Shown: one piece after another, positions 12,153 to 25,293 of the stretch
Layout: each line of letters begins with the position of its first letter
Position numbering within the stretch: position 1 is the stretch's first letter
Source of the DNA: Chiloscyllium plagiosum
Taxonomy: Eukaryota
Direction of reading: 5' to 3'
NCBI RefSeq assembly: GCF_004010195.1
Contig: NC_057740.1
Coordinates: 41,422,718-41,474,928 of the forward strand
DNA: 52,211 nt
Notes under the pieces: generated by a model
What the model was told of the DNA's origin: nothing
What the model saw: the letters and a program-made list of their open reading frames with translations, nothing else
The model's database searches: none
Translations under genes and position numbers: made by a program

Positions 12153-12337
12153 GGAAAACCCAAGAGAACTGCGGGATGCTGAAAATCAGAAACAAAAACA
12201 GAAATTGCTGGAAAAGCTCAGCAGGTCTGGCAGCATCAGTAGTGAGAAATCAGAGTTAATGTTTCAGGTCCAGTGACCCTTCCTCAGAACAGGGCTGCCA
12301 GATCTGCTGAGCTTTTCCAGCAATTTCTGTTTTTACA
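12153..12337. mobile_element. Fold-back Penelope-derived insert, second subfamily (CUGAGGA-AGGGUC-ACUG-GACCU-GAAA)
   Basis: Flanked by tcagctgaaatga (12140-12152, 12338-12350); stem I GUU/AAC on minus; inverted arms. Confidence 0.75.
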
Positions 12338-15309
12338 TCAGCTGAAATGAATCTTCTTTGTTCTGCATTTTCTCAAATTAGATTTTATCCCTCGTGTACT
12401 ATGAACATCACTCTTTAAACTCCTAAATATTACCTCACAAAGAAATGAACTGCAGTAAATTACCATGCCAGTCAAAGAGAACACAGCGTTACACACTTCA
12501 ACCGACACTGAGGGAGCTCATGAGTTTAAAAAGTTTTTACAAGTTAATAATATTTTCCTACCGTCTGGATTCCAATTGTTTGAAGAGTTTACTGATAACA
12601 CACCGTTTTCTCTTGAGAATGAGAATTATTAAATGTTCTCTCTTTCCCAGCTTCTACCTTCTCTGTGACTCATGCTGAAACTTCAGCGAGCAAGTCAGTG
12701 CTTGGTCTGAGTTTGTGGCTCACCAGCTTTCTAAGTGAGAACAACCCGCCCCCAGAGCCTCACAAATCTGAATGTGTGCACCGATGTAATCCCATTCCAT
12801 GGAAAGTGCTTGATAATTACACAGTATCAGCAACATCAGGTTAACTCTTTCTGAGTCACACTCTGCAAAATGTCATTAACTAGAAGGGCAGGGGAAAATA
12901 TTCTAGACGGGTTTATCAGCTGGAATTTACTTTTGCTTTTTGCTGATCAAGACTAACAGCAGCAGACCCTAGCTCCTCAGTGCACACCCCCTCGCAGCAA
13001 GGAAGGGTAAACTAATTTTTCACTAAATGGATGTATGTGTTGGGTCAAGGAACAACGATAAATTTCCAAGTCAGGATGGTGAGTGACTTGGAGGGGAGTG
13101 GTATTCCCATACGTCTGCTCCTCTTGTCCTTCTACATGGAAGAGGTCATAAACAAAATCAGAAATTGCTGGAAAAGCTCAGCAGGTCAGGCAGCATCTGT
13201 GGAGAGAAAGCAGAGTTAATATTTTAGGTCCAGTGACCCTTTCTCAGTACAGTCACGGGTTTGGAGAGTGATAACTTCCTGAGAGGGTAAATGTTGGAGG
13301 CTGTTTCCCCTTGTGGGAGAGTCTGCGTCCAGATGGCATCACCTCATGAACAAGGAGTCACCTGGTTAGACACAGATGAGGAGAAATCTCCCTCTCAAAG
13401 GGAAGTGAATCTGTTTAATTCTTTACCACAGAGGGTTTCGAGGCTGGGTCATTGAGTATATTCAAGGCTGAGATGGACAGATTTTTAAGCAGTAAGGGGG
13501 GGATCAAGGATTATGGGGAAAAGGCAGGAAAGTGGAGTTGAGGATGATCAGATCAGCTATGATCTCATTGAATGATGGAGCTGACTCGATGGGCTGAATG
13601 GCCTAATTCTGCCCTAAATTTAATTGAGAATCTTTAAAGATATCACGCTGAACAGAACCCACAAGGAGTATTAGGAACAGATAAGAATGTCTTACCAGAA
13701 TTGCTTGTGTCCCATGAGCAAATAAAGAAAAGAGTTTAGTTGAGTATGGTGTTGCTGCACCTTTGGAAATTCATGTTCCTAAAATGGAAGTAAGAAAGGA
13801 AAGGAAAACTTGAATTTATATGGTACCTATTACTGCATCAGAATGTCCAGTGCCTGACAGCCAATCAAGACCTCTCAGAAGTGTATTCCTTGTTGTCATC
13901 CAGAAAAATGCATCAACTAGTTGGTGCACAGCAAGATCCCACAAATAGCATTGTGTGTAAATGGCCTGATGGTCTGTTTTCATTGGTGTGGGTTGGGGAG
14001 ATATTCCTTTGCCTCCCAACTCCCTGTACATCAGGAAGAACTCACTGTTCCTCTTCAAAATGAGTGGCATGATGGCTCAGTGGTTAACACTGCTACCTCA
14101 CAGCTCCAGGGGTTGGGTTCAGTTCCACCCTTCAACAACTATCTGAGTGGAGTGGAGTTTGCACATTCTCCTCTGTCTGCACGGGTTACCTTTGGGTTTC
14201 GGTTTCCTCCCACAGTCCAAAACTGTGCAGGTTAGGTGGATTAGCCATTGGGAAATGCAGAATGAGATTTTGTCAGGAGTTCACGATTCTGAAATTGTAC
14301 CTCTCTTTTTTCTCTCTGCAGAACTTGCCTGACCTACTGGGTATTTTCAACGGAGTGTTTTTATTATAGGAGACCACAGAAACCGAGTTAAACAGATTGA
14401 TTTCTATCAGAATGTTTATATATCAAGAGTCTTGGTACAAAATGCGTCTCAAGCTGTTATATATTTCAGATGTTTAAAGACAGTTTAATCCACCCTCTGA
14501 CAACTCCATCGACTCTCTTAGATTCCTTAAGTGCTGTTATGGACCTGCTCCAGACTGTCTGCTTGTCCCTGAATCAGCTCCGTCCGCTAGTTACGATGCA
14601 GAAAGAATAACAAGACTCCCTTGTGGATTAAAGCTTTCACAACTTAAAGAGAGGAAATGGAAAACTGGCAGAGGATCACACATCAACCAGCTGTACTCCC
14701 TGAAACCCTCACTGTTCGTACATACTCCATCAAGTCCAAAATTTACTTTGTCGCTTACTTTGCAGTGTGTTGTCCCAATGCATCAGCAAGGTGTGGTGGA
14801 CCAACTGGGTCATAGGGAAGGATGAGAGGGAGGGATTGCAGGATACAGGGAGATTGTAGGCAATTGAGTGGGGCTGAGGGAGATGAGGAGAGTGTGGGTT
14901 GGATTGAGAGATACAAAGAGATGTGTGTGAGGGTGGGATTGAGAGATACAAAGAGATGTGTGTGAGGGTGGGATTGAGTGATGTGGGGAGTTTGAGGGTG
15001 AATGGGTGAGTGATATTGAGTGATGTGGTGCAGGGTGGAATGCGGGTGAGATTGGAGGATTTGAGTGAGTGGGGAGTGTGCTTCATTTTGAAAGTGAATG
15101 ATGGTCACAGTACTACACAATGTCGTCAGGTTGTGAATAGCACTCAATAACTGCAAGTTTTTCTTTCGGTTTTTCGAGGCATTTGGTATTTTACATTAAA
15201 GAGTGGAAATGAAGTCAATGGCTGAGTGCAAATATCTGACCACAGCTTCACCACTTCCTCTCCAATTAGAATTTCAAAGTCAACAACTGATTAAATCTTA
15301 TGTTTTTTT

Positions 15310-17900
15310 AAAAAAATATTTTCTCATAATGTGGGTGTTGCTGGCTGCCACAAAATTTATTGCCCATTCCCAATAACCATTGAGAAGGTGATAGTGAGCT
15401 GCCTTCTTGAACCACTGCAGTCCATGTGTTACAGACAGATCCTCAATGCCGGTACAGAGGGAAATCCAGATTTTGACCCAGTGATACTGAAGAAACAGCA
15501 ATATATTTCCAGGTCAAGATGGTGAGTTTCCTGGAGGGAGTGGTGTACCTATACAGCTGCTGCCCTTGTCCTTCTAGATGGAAGTGGTCCTGGGTTTGGA
15601 AGGTGCTGTCTAACGAGCTTTGGTGAATTTATGCAGTGCATCATGTAGATAGTACATGCTGCTGCTACTGAGTGTCAGTGGTTGAGGGAGTGGATGCTGT
15701 GGGTTATGGTGCCAATCAAGCTGCTGCTCTCTTAGATGATGTTGAGCTTCTTGAGTTGGAGCTACATCCATTCGGGGAGGGTTCTATCACACTCCTGACT
15801 TGTTCTGTGTAGATGAATCACTTGCTGCAGGATCCCTGTCTCTGACCTGCTTTTGGAGTCTCAATATTCATATGTCTGGTCCAACTCAGATTCTGACAAT
15901 GGTAACCCTTGGTTCCTTGATGCCACACTCAGTCAAACGCAGCCTTGATGCCAAGGGCTGTCACTTTCCCTTCCTCTCTGGAATTCAGCTCATTTGTCCA
16001 TGTTTGAACCAAGGCTGTCATGAGGTCAAGAGCTGAGTGGCCCTGACGGAACCCAAACTGGGCGTCACTGAGCAGGTTATTGTGAGCAGGTGCTGCTTGA
16101 ACGCACAGTTGATGACACCTTCCATCACGTTACTGATGATCAAGAGTAGACTATGGGGCAGTAACTGGCCGGATTGGAATTGTTCTGCTTTTTGTGTGCA
16201 GGACATACCTGGGCAATTTTCCCGCCATTGTCAGGTGGATGGCAGTGTCACAACTACATTGGAACAGCTTGGCGGTAGCTGGGATAATTCTGGAGCATGC
16301 CTTCATGTTGTCAGGACACATAGCCTTTGCAGTATCTAATGTTTTCTGCCATTTGTTGTAATCACATGGAGTGGATCAAATTAGCTGAAGACTGGTATCT
16401 GTGATGCTGGGGGCCACGGGAGAAGGCTGAGATGGAGTATCGACTCAGCATTTCTTGCGGAAGATTGTTGCGAATACTTTGCTCTTGTCTTTTACACTGA
16501 TATGTCAGGCACTTCCATCATTGAGGATGAGAATATGCATGAAGGCTGTTCTTTCAGGCAGATGTGTGAATGTCCACCACTCGTCATGATAGGAGATGGT
16601 AGGGCTGCAGAGCTCAGAGCATATCTGTTGACCATGGGATTGCTAATCCTCATCTATTGCAAGTTACTTATGCTGATTGGCACACAGTATTCCTGTGTTG
16701 TTACTTTACCAGCTGTCCCTGCATTTTTAGGAATGCCTGGTGCTGCTCCACCCTTCCCCTCTCCTTTGGACCAGGGCTAATCCTTAGCTTGAAAGAAGGT
16801 AGAATGGGGGATATGCCAGGCATGAGGTTGCATTTTATGGTTGAATTCGATCATACAGACTGAGGTTGATGGCCCACAGTCTTGTATCAAGTTGTAAGAG
16901 CATGAAAGGGTTAAATCAGAGGACTGTGCTATAATTGGGTGCCACACAATAGTATGAGACCTCCTGCAATGTAGGTCTTCCTCTCTCAAATGATGTCTTT
17001 CATATTAATGAAGCTTATACCTCGCTGCCCTCATGTTATAAACTACACTGTGTTTAATATAGCTTTAGATCACCTGATGGTTTTCCTCTGCCACACTAGA
17101 CCAAATGGGCCTTGTAGATGGGCCTTGGGTGGCTCAGTGGTTAGCACTGCTGCCTCACAGCGCCAGAGACCCGGGTTCAATCCCCGCCTCAGGCAACTGT
17201 CTATGTGGAGTTTATACATTCTCCCCGTGTCTGCATGGGTTTCCTCCCACAGTCCAAAGATGTGCAGGTTAGATGAATTGGCCATGCTAAATTGCCCGTA
17301 GCGTTAGGTGAAGGGGTAAATGTAGGGGAATGGGTGTGGGTGGGTTGCTCTTCAGAGGGTCGGTGTGGAATTGTTGGGCCGAAGGACCTGTTTCCACATT
17401 GTAGGGATTCTAAACTGGAACCAGACTACGAAACAGCATGGATTCCACCAGATGGATCTTACATCAAGGTGATGAGGACATCTCTCACAGCGCACAGTGC
17501 CTCCTGGATGCCCAGTCTTCAGTTAGTACATCTATTAGCACAGCAATAGTGTCACACAACACAATGAGGGGTATTCTCAATGTGAAGATGCGACTTTGCC
17601 TTTACAAGGACTTTACGGTGGTCACTCTTACTAACAATGTCAGGGTGAGGTACATGCATCACTGGCAGATTGGTGAGGATGAGGTCAAGTATATTTTTCC
17701 CTCTTATTGGTTCCCTCACCACCTGCGGCAGACCCAGTCCAGTTGTGATGTCCTTTCAGATCTGACCCTGCTTATTCAACAGTGCTGCTGCTGCTGAACT
17801 GTTCTTGGTGGATATTGAAATTCCCCACCCAATGTTTGTCATGCAGCCTCGTCAACCTCAGTGCTTCCTTCCGGTGATGTTCAACATGGAGGAGTACTGA
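15310..17900 (-). mobile_element. Old non-LTR retrotransposon (second CR1-like family), fragmented
   Basis: Minus-strand SLLLIISNVMEGVIN...Q.GF RT-like peptide; tail aagaaggcagctcac...ttctcaa...gggcaataaa is shared with fragments at 6845-7400, 18700-18850 and 19790-19905. Confidence 0.6.
17128..17412 (+). mobile_element. HE1-like V-SINE
   Basis: A-box tggctcagtgg, B-box ggttcaatcc, V-domain, CR1-like tail. Confidence 0.85.
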
Positions 17901-18850
17901 TTTATCAGCTTTTTTTTGGTTGGGATGGGGCAGAGAACGTGACAGTGTCATGAGATTTCCTGGGACATGGAGTCCATTTGGATGAGTCCCTTTGTGCAGC
18001 TACTTCTGTTGGGTCTGTCCTCACTGTGGGACAGCAACTGAAAGGAAAGCTCCCATTACACTGTCTCCATCAAACACTCCCAGGATAGGGGCACCACGGG
18101 GTGAGTTAGAGAATACAGTTGCCATTCTCCATTTGAACTGTCAGTAAAGCTCCCTTTACTCTTTTTAATTAACCAACTCTTTACATTGCCCCTATCAAAT
18201 ACTCCCAATACAGGGACAACACAAGGTTAGATACAAAGTGAAGCTTCCTCTTCATTGTCACTATTAAACACTCCCAGGACAGGGACATGATGGGGTCAGA
18301 CACAGAGTAAAACTTCCTCTACACTGTTGCCATCAATTGCTCCCTGGATAGGGACAGCATGGGGTTAGCTCCCCCAAGAGAGACCCCACCACATTTTCCC
18401 AGATAGTTGCTCGCCAGCGGATTTCTGATGGGACATCATTTAGATTAATTCTGGAATGTAGATTTCACTCTTTGGAAAAGCAACAAGTGCCTTAAGCTCA
18501 TTGATTAAACTTGCTGCGATCTGCCTAATGCTGTCTGTGCCTTGGGGAGAATGTGCAAACTCCACACAGACAGTCATCTGAGACTGGAATTGAACCTCGG
18601 TACCTGGCACAGTGAGGCAAGCAGTGCTAATCACTGAGCCACCATGCCTCCCAGTTGCCATTTACTCTACTAAACACCAGTGGATTGGAAATATAATCGG
18701 TCAAAATCCTGGAATTCCTTCCCTAAAGGCACTAAGGATAGCACATGGACTGTAGCGGTTCAAGAAGGCAGCTCACTTGCACCTTCTCAAGGGGCAACTA
18801 GAGATGGGCACTCAATACTGACTCAGCCAGTGGAGCCCACATCCTGGGAA

Positions 18851-19176
18851 TTAGATTAGATTAGATTAGATTAGATTACGTTACAGTGTGGAAACAGGCC
18901 CTTCGGCCCAACAAGTCCACACCGACCCGCCAAAATGCAACCCACCCATACCCCTACATTTACCCCTTACCTAACACTACAGGCAATTTAGTATGGCCAA
19001 TTCACCTGAGCTGCACATCTTTGGACTGTGGGAGGAAACTGGAGCACCCGGAGGAAACCCACGCAGACACGGGGAGAATGTGCAAACTCCACACAGTCAG
19101 TCGCTTGAGTCGGGAATTGAACCCAGGTCTCTGGCGCTGCGAGGCAGCAGTGCTAACCACTGGGCCACCGTGCCAC
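18851..19176 (-). mobile_element. HE1-like V-SINE, full length
   Basis: tRNA-like head, V-domain, (TTAGA)n tail on plus strand. Confidence 0.88.
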
Positions 19177-20151
19177 TGTGGAATGAGTAAAGGGAAATGA
19201 GACAAGCTGAGTTTGTCCAGCCTTTCCTCATTAGACAGCACCCCCATTCCAGGTATCAGTCTCTGAACTGCGTCCAACACATTTACATCCATTCTAAAAT
19301 AAACAGACCAATACTGTGCACAATTCATGCACCACATGAACCCCATTCCATCTACTGTTTCCCAAAGATGTACAATATATAATTCGGTTCACCAGACTTC
19401 GGGAGAGAAGCTTTTATATTTCTGAAATTCTCATTATTAATCTCCTCCTGTACCTATACTTCATCAACACCATAAAAACATCTGACTGAAATTCTTCATG
19501 TTAATCATTCCCAGATCAGAACTGCCTGCTTACATTTACCTTGTGGTAATCACTCATCTCCATCTCCTGCACTGACAGGGAGAGAGATTTGACCTTTCAA
19601 AGCCTCCCCACCCTTTTTAGTAATTTTTCACAATATCTTTGTTTGACATACGCCAGGAAAACACCCTGGGAAATGGTGTGACTCTTTCTTTTCGACCTGC
19701 TGTGCTGTTTCCCTTAAATAGCCAATCAAAATTGAACAAGAACCAAACACTAAACTTGCTCACAGTAATACAACCCACACAAACTGCATCATAGACTGCA
19801 GCGGTTCAAGAAGGCAACCCCTCCCCCCACGTTCTCAAGGGGCAACTAGGGACGGGCAATAAATGCTGTGCCCAGTCATTGACATCCACATCCTGTCAAT
19901 GAATGTGAAAAGGAGATCAGAGTTACCATTCAGCCCACTTCACTAATCAACTGGGTCACGATTAAACAGCTGCCATAAATCCATTCTCCCATTTGCCTTG
20001 GTATTGTTAATTTGTTTCATTCATTCACAGAGAGAGGAGTGTATTGACACAGAGAGGGAGAGAGAGGGAGAGTGCTCAGAGATAGGAGGCTATAGAGGGA
20101 GAAAGGAGGGTATTTTGAGAAAGTGAGGACGGTATTGAGAGAGGAGGGTAA

Positions 20152-20775
20152 AACATGTCCAGAAACCCTAGCTCAGCAACGTGGTAGCCCACAAACCCAC
20201 CAACATACTAAAACTGCAGCTAATGAACTTGAAAGACCCTATACAGACAATGAGCAAAACTAATGTAATTTACAAAATACCGTGCCAGAACTGTTACAAA
20301 CACTACATTGGACAAACAGGCAGAAAACTAGCCACCAGGATACATGAACATCAACTAGCCACAAAATGGCATGACCCTCTCTCACTAGTATCCTCACATA
20401 CGGATGAGAAAGGGCACCACTTTGACTGGGACAACACATCCATCCCAGGACAAGCCAAACAGAGACATGCACGAGAATTCCTAGAAGCATAACATTCCAA
20501 CCAGAACTCAATCAACAAACACATTGAGTTAGACCCCATCTATCACCCCCTGAGAAAAACAGGATATGACATCACCACAGGAAATGACAACACCAACCCA
20601 AAGAAACCCAAACATATAAATAGAAAACAGGAATCTTGTGCAGTGCTTCGCCGGAGGCCCACTGAAGATGTTACCTAGTAGGTGACGAAACGTCTGGAAA
20701 TGAACCTTCCAGCTCAGCGATCAAACCCACATCCAAAACCTCAACCTGAGCTACAAATCTTCTCAAAACTCGCTA
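20152..20775 (+). mobile_element. Penelope-like element 3' fragment: GIY-YIG endonuclease plus 3' terminal repeat region
   Basis: ORF 20181-20492 contains NVIYKIPCQNCYKHYIGQTGRKLATRIHEH, the PLE-type GIY-YIG motif with CxxC. An in-frame stop follows, then a hammerhead motif. Confidence 0.9.
20659..20697 (+). ncRNA. Minimal type I hammerhead ribozyme (Penelope-associated), core intact
   Basis: CCA-CUGAAGA-U-GUUACC(UAGUA)GGUGAC-GAAA-C-GUC-UGG: stem I CCA/UGG, 6-bp stem II, palindromic ACGU as stem III, GUC cleavage triplet at 20692-20694. Confidence 0.8.
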
Positions 20776-22331
20776 AGACAGGAGGGTATTGAGAGAGAGA
20801 GAGAGGGGGGAGGGTATTGAGAGAGTGCTTAGAAAGAGGAGGGTATGGGGGGGGGGGATGGTATTGAGAGCGCGAGGAGAGGAGGGTGCTCCAAGAGAGG
20901 ACAGTATTGAGAGAGAGGTGGAGGGCATTCAAGTGGGCCAGGCCTGACTATCGGCTGGGGAACGGAGCATACAGCAGCTTATTTTGATCTAGTTAACTGT
21001 ATTTCCTGCTCAAAACAGTCACAGCATAAAACCCACTATATTCCACCTCCTTTCAGTTCCCAAGATCATTTCAGACTCAAAACATTAATCCTATTTCTCT
21101 CTCCACACCTGCTGAGTTTCTCTAGCAGTCTGTTTTATTTCAGATTTCCAGCATCTGCAGTCTTTTATTTCTATAAGGATTCACAGGAGAAATTTCAGTA
21201 AAGGAGAAGCAATCAGGTCAGCTGAGACCCCAGGGTACAACGTGGCAGATAATCTGCAAATAGCTTATCTGGTTAGGCCACAGCTAGGGTACTGTGTGGT
21301 TCTGGAAACCCATTATGGAGCAATATGATTCTGTCAGAGAGGAATTTACCAGGATGTTGCCTGGTCTGGAGAGTTTCAGAGATGAAGGGAGATTGGACAG
21401 CCTAGGGATGTTTTCCTTGGAGCAGAGGAGGTTGAGAAGAGACATGATTGAGATGGATAAAATGATGGCAGAGATAGGGTAGATAGGAAGAACCATTTTC
21501 TCCTTGATAGAGGGATCAATGACCAACGGGCATGGATTTAAGATAAGGGGCAGGAGAGCTAGAGGAAAACTGTTTCCACCAAGAGGCTGGTAGGGATGTG
21601 GAACTCACTGCCGGTAACCTTGAAGAAATATTTCATTGTGCACTTGTGATGCAAAAATAATTTCTTGAAAATCAGTATTAATGTTGCATCATTTTTCAGA
21701 CGATATGTATTTAACTATTTATTTCGATGAATGTAGAAAGTGAGAGTGTATGGAATGTTTATTTACGATAAATTAACAAAAACATATTACCTACAGATTC
21801 ATGATTAAACTGTTTCACTTTATATTGTGCATGTGATCTTCATTATTTGCTGTTTTGACTATCTGAAGAAAATAAACTCCTAAAAATAAACTCAGCAAAT
21901 GCACACAAATTATTCCTGTGTGACTGCGTCACCTGAAAAAGGAATTAGTGAGAATGGAAACACAGCCGCCTGAAAGCCAAAAAGTAAAAATACATAAATC
22001 AATTTGATCACCACGTCTTGGAGCAGAGAATTCCAAAGATTAAGCACCTTGTCAATTATTTTAAATCTATACCCTCTGGCTTGTGAGAAGAGTTTTCCAA
22101 TTGCTCTCTCAAACACCTCAGTATTTTAGCTAATCTCTATGTTAGGACATCCATGAACCTTTTCTGCTCTTAGTATAAAGAAATCTTGAGTCATAAACAC
22201 AAGCAAAGAGCATCCTCAAATCTTCTAAATAACCTGCTTAGTCTATGCAACTTTTTCTCATAAATTCACTCTTCCTAGCCCACTATCTATCCATGCAGCA
22301 GTTTATATCCTGTGAGGTATGCTGTCCAGAA

Positions 22332-23036
22332 ATCATAGAATCCCTACAGGGTGGAACAGGTCATTTGGCCCAACAAGTCCACACTGACCTTCCATTTGCC
22401 TACCCTATTACTCTCCATTTCCCCTGACCAATACACCTAACCTACACACCCCTGAACACTTTAGCATAGTCAATTCACCAAACCGGCATATCTTTGGACT
22501 ATGGGAGCAAACCCACACAGACATTTGCCAGAGGCTGGATTTGAACCCGGGTCCCTGATGATGTGAGGCAGCGGTGCTAACCACTGAGCCACGTGCCATT
22601 TGGAGTGTTCTCAAGGAATCAAGAGTTCTCCCCCTCACCTCAGCTAACCCCAATAGCTTCACTTTGACAGAAAACTGACCTGACCTCAGTCAGGAGATGT
22701 CACACTACACTTCTGTTTGAGTGGCAGCACAGTGACTCAGTGGTTAGCAGTGCTGCCTCACAACACCAGGAACCCAGGTTTGATTACAGCCTCGGGCAAC
22801 TGTGCAGAGTTTGCACATTCTCCCCGTGTCTGTAGGTGTGCTCCGGTCTCATCCCACAGACCAAAGGTGTGCAGGTCAGGTGAATTGGCTATGCTAAACC
22901 GTCCATAGTGATGGGTGCATTAGTCAGGGGTAAATACAGGCTAGAGGAATGGGTCTAGGTGGGTTACTTGCCAGAGGGCCGGTGTGGACTGGTTGAGCCG
23001 AAGGGCCCGTTTCTGTCCTGTAAGGAATCTAATCTA
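22332..23036. mobile_element. Two divergently oriented V-SINEs (22332-22598 minus; 22722-23036 plus)
   Basis: Heads, V-domains and tails visible in both. Confidence 0.8.
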
Positions 23037-23705
23037 GTGAAGGAGAGTGTGTGATAGCAAGGCCAATGGCACCACCTAGCTGCAGTTCAATGCCTAACAC
23101 CCTCAGATCAATTGACTGAAGGTTGTAGGTTCAAGTCCCCCCATCAGGTAAGGCTGGCAAGTTCCTCTCCCTAAAGGACAGCAGGGAACGAGATGGGACC
23201 ATTTAGAGCATTTGACAGCTGCTACACGATCATCGTTATGCTACATTTTTATTCTGAGGTTCCACAAAATTCAAATTTCACCAATAACTGCTGGCTGCCG
23301 ACATCACGTGAACAAATTAAAAACCTTCAGGTCTGCTCCATTTGTCACATACATCATAACTGGTCATCACCCCGAAGACATTCTCCCACATACCCCTCAA
23401 TCTTGGTCATTTATTGGATTCATTCTCAGGATGTTACTGGCTGGGCCAGTCTCTAATTATCCAGTCAAAAGCCAACCACATTGTTGAGTGTGGAGTTACA
23501 TGTAGGTCAGACCAAGTAAGGATGTCAGATTTCCCTCCCTGAAAGACATTAATGAACGAGACAAGCTTTTATGACACTTAATCTAATGGTGACCATGAAA
23601 ACATTACTATGTTGTTATACCAGATCTTGAATTCAGTTTAAATTTGACCAGTTGCTATGGTAGGATTCTAACCCATGTTCTCAGGCCTGGGGTTCTGGTT
23701 TACTA

Positions 23706-24226
23706 GGAGGAGAAAGTGAGGTCTGCAGATGCTGGAGATCAGAGCTGAAAATGTGTTGCTGGAAAAGCGCAGCAGGTCAGGCAGCATCCAGGGAACAGGA
23801 GAATCGACATTTCGGGCATAAGCTCTTCTTCAGGAATGAGGAAAGTTTGTCCAGCAGGCTAAGATAAAAGGTAGGGAGGAGGGACTTGGGGGAGGGGCGT
23901 CGGAAATGTGATAGGTGGAAAGAGGTCAAGGTGAGGGTGATAGGTCAGACTGGGGTGGGGGCGGAGAGGTCGGGAAGAAGCTTGCAGGTTAGGAAGGCGG
24001 TGCTGAATTCTTGCTACTTGCGGAGCGTTTCAGAGAACACCTCTGGGACACCGGGACCGACCAACCTAACCACCCCGTGGCTCAACATTTCAACTCCCCC
24101 TCCCACTCTGCCAAGGATATGCAGGTCTTTGGACTCCTCCATCGCCAGACCACAACAAAACGACGGTTGGAGGAAGAGCGCCTCATCTTCCGCCTAGGAA
24201 CCCTCCAACCACAAGGGATGAACTCG
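23706..24226. mobile_element. Penelope-like element with inverted 5' part (3' end on minus, GIY-YIG C-terminus on plus)
   Basis: 24011-24225 translates LAERFREH...PVAQHFNSPSHS..DMQVFGL...RRLEEERLIFRLGTLQPQGMN. 23706-24009 is the reverse complement of the 3' terminal segment, with a decayed hammerhead near 23805-23836. Confidence 0.8.
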
Positions 24227-25293
24227 GAACTGGCCCAGAGGGTGGCGGATGCTGTATTACTGAATGTATTCACAGCTGGGATAGACAGGTTTTTGTTTTC
24301 ATGGAGTGCATTAGAAAGTGGTGAGCTACTATGATTATACGGAATGGTACAGCAGGGCTGATGGGCTGAATGTTCTACTCTTGCTGCTTGTGTGCGTAGG
24401 ATGATTCCACAGCCAGAAATGTGCTTCATAGAGCCATTAAGGGAAAATGTGGCACTCCAACAGTGCTGCACTTGTAGATCACACACACATCCTGTATGGG
24501 TCCTTGCGGATACAGGCATAGAATCATTGAATTTTACAGTCCAGGAGGCCATTTAGCCCATCATGTCCGTACCAGCTCCAGATAGACTTTTCCAGCTGGT
24601 CCCACTCTCCAGTCCAATCTCCATAGCCCTCTAACTTCATCCCTTCCAAATATATATCATTTTTGAGACCTCTTATGGAATCCTCCTCCACCACTCTCCC
24701 AGGCAGTGCATTCCAAATCCTAACAACTCTGAGTAAAGAAGTTTCTCCTCATCGCACTCCTAGCTCTCTTACTGACAACCCCGAAATTGTGACCCCTAGT
24801 TACTGACATATCAAATAGTGTAAACAGATTATCCTCCTTTACCCTGTGGAAGTTGTTCATAATTTTGAACATCTCAATAAGGTCACCTCTTAATTATCTG
24901 ACATGGGGCTAACCTGCTCCCTCTCTGAGCAATAGCGGAGATGTGAAACTGATAACTATTAGTGGAATTGTCCTGTGTACCAATTACTGCTGCATTCCCT
25001 CCAGTAATCACGGCACTTGGCTCCTGCACTGGCAGGTCATTTGGGACAAGTTGATGTTGTGAAAGATGCTACAGAAATGCCAGACCATTTCCTTATCTCA
25101 TTTAAAAAAGTTTAAATTTGTTAACAGTTTAGAATGATAATTTCAATGAGTAAAAAAAAATCTGTTTAGAACATTGCAGCGGTGACCTTTCTCCAACTGC
25201 CAGCTGCCTGCACATTGAAGGTCAGGGTTGCCTGGATCAGACGTCAGAGGATGACTGCTCCTCAGCCTATGGGCCATCAGGGACTCTGAGCAG

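Noticed and set aside
14730-15156. His/Pro/Thr-rich ORFs
   Set aside because: Low-complexity GA/GT-rich tract with a short tandem duplication.
17128-17200. tRNA genes
   Set aside because: The A/B boxes are SINE heads continuing into V-domain and LINE-like tails; no complete cloverleaf seen.
4005-19760. Liver or gut microRNA host gene (miR-122, miR-194) behind the HNF-type promoters
   Set aside because: I did not find those mature sequences on either strand by eye; an Rfam/miRBase search would be needed to exclude other small RNAs.
1-25000. RAB3A, IFI30 or BST2 exons expected from human synteny
   Set aside because: No recognisable peptide in the ORF track or by manual reading; small divergent exons could have been missed.
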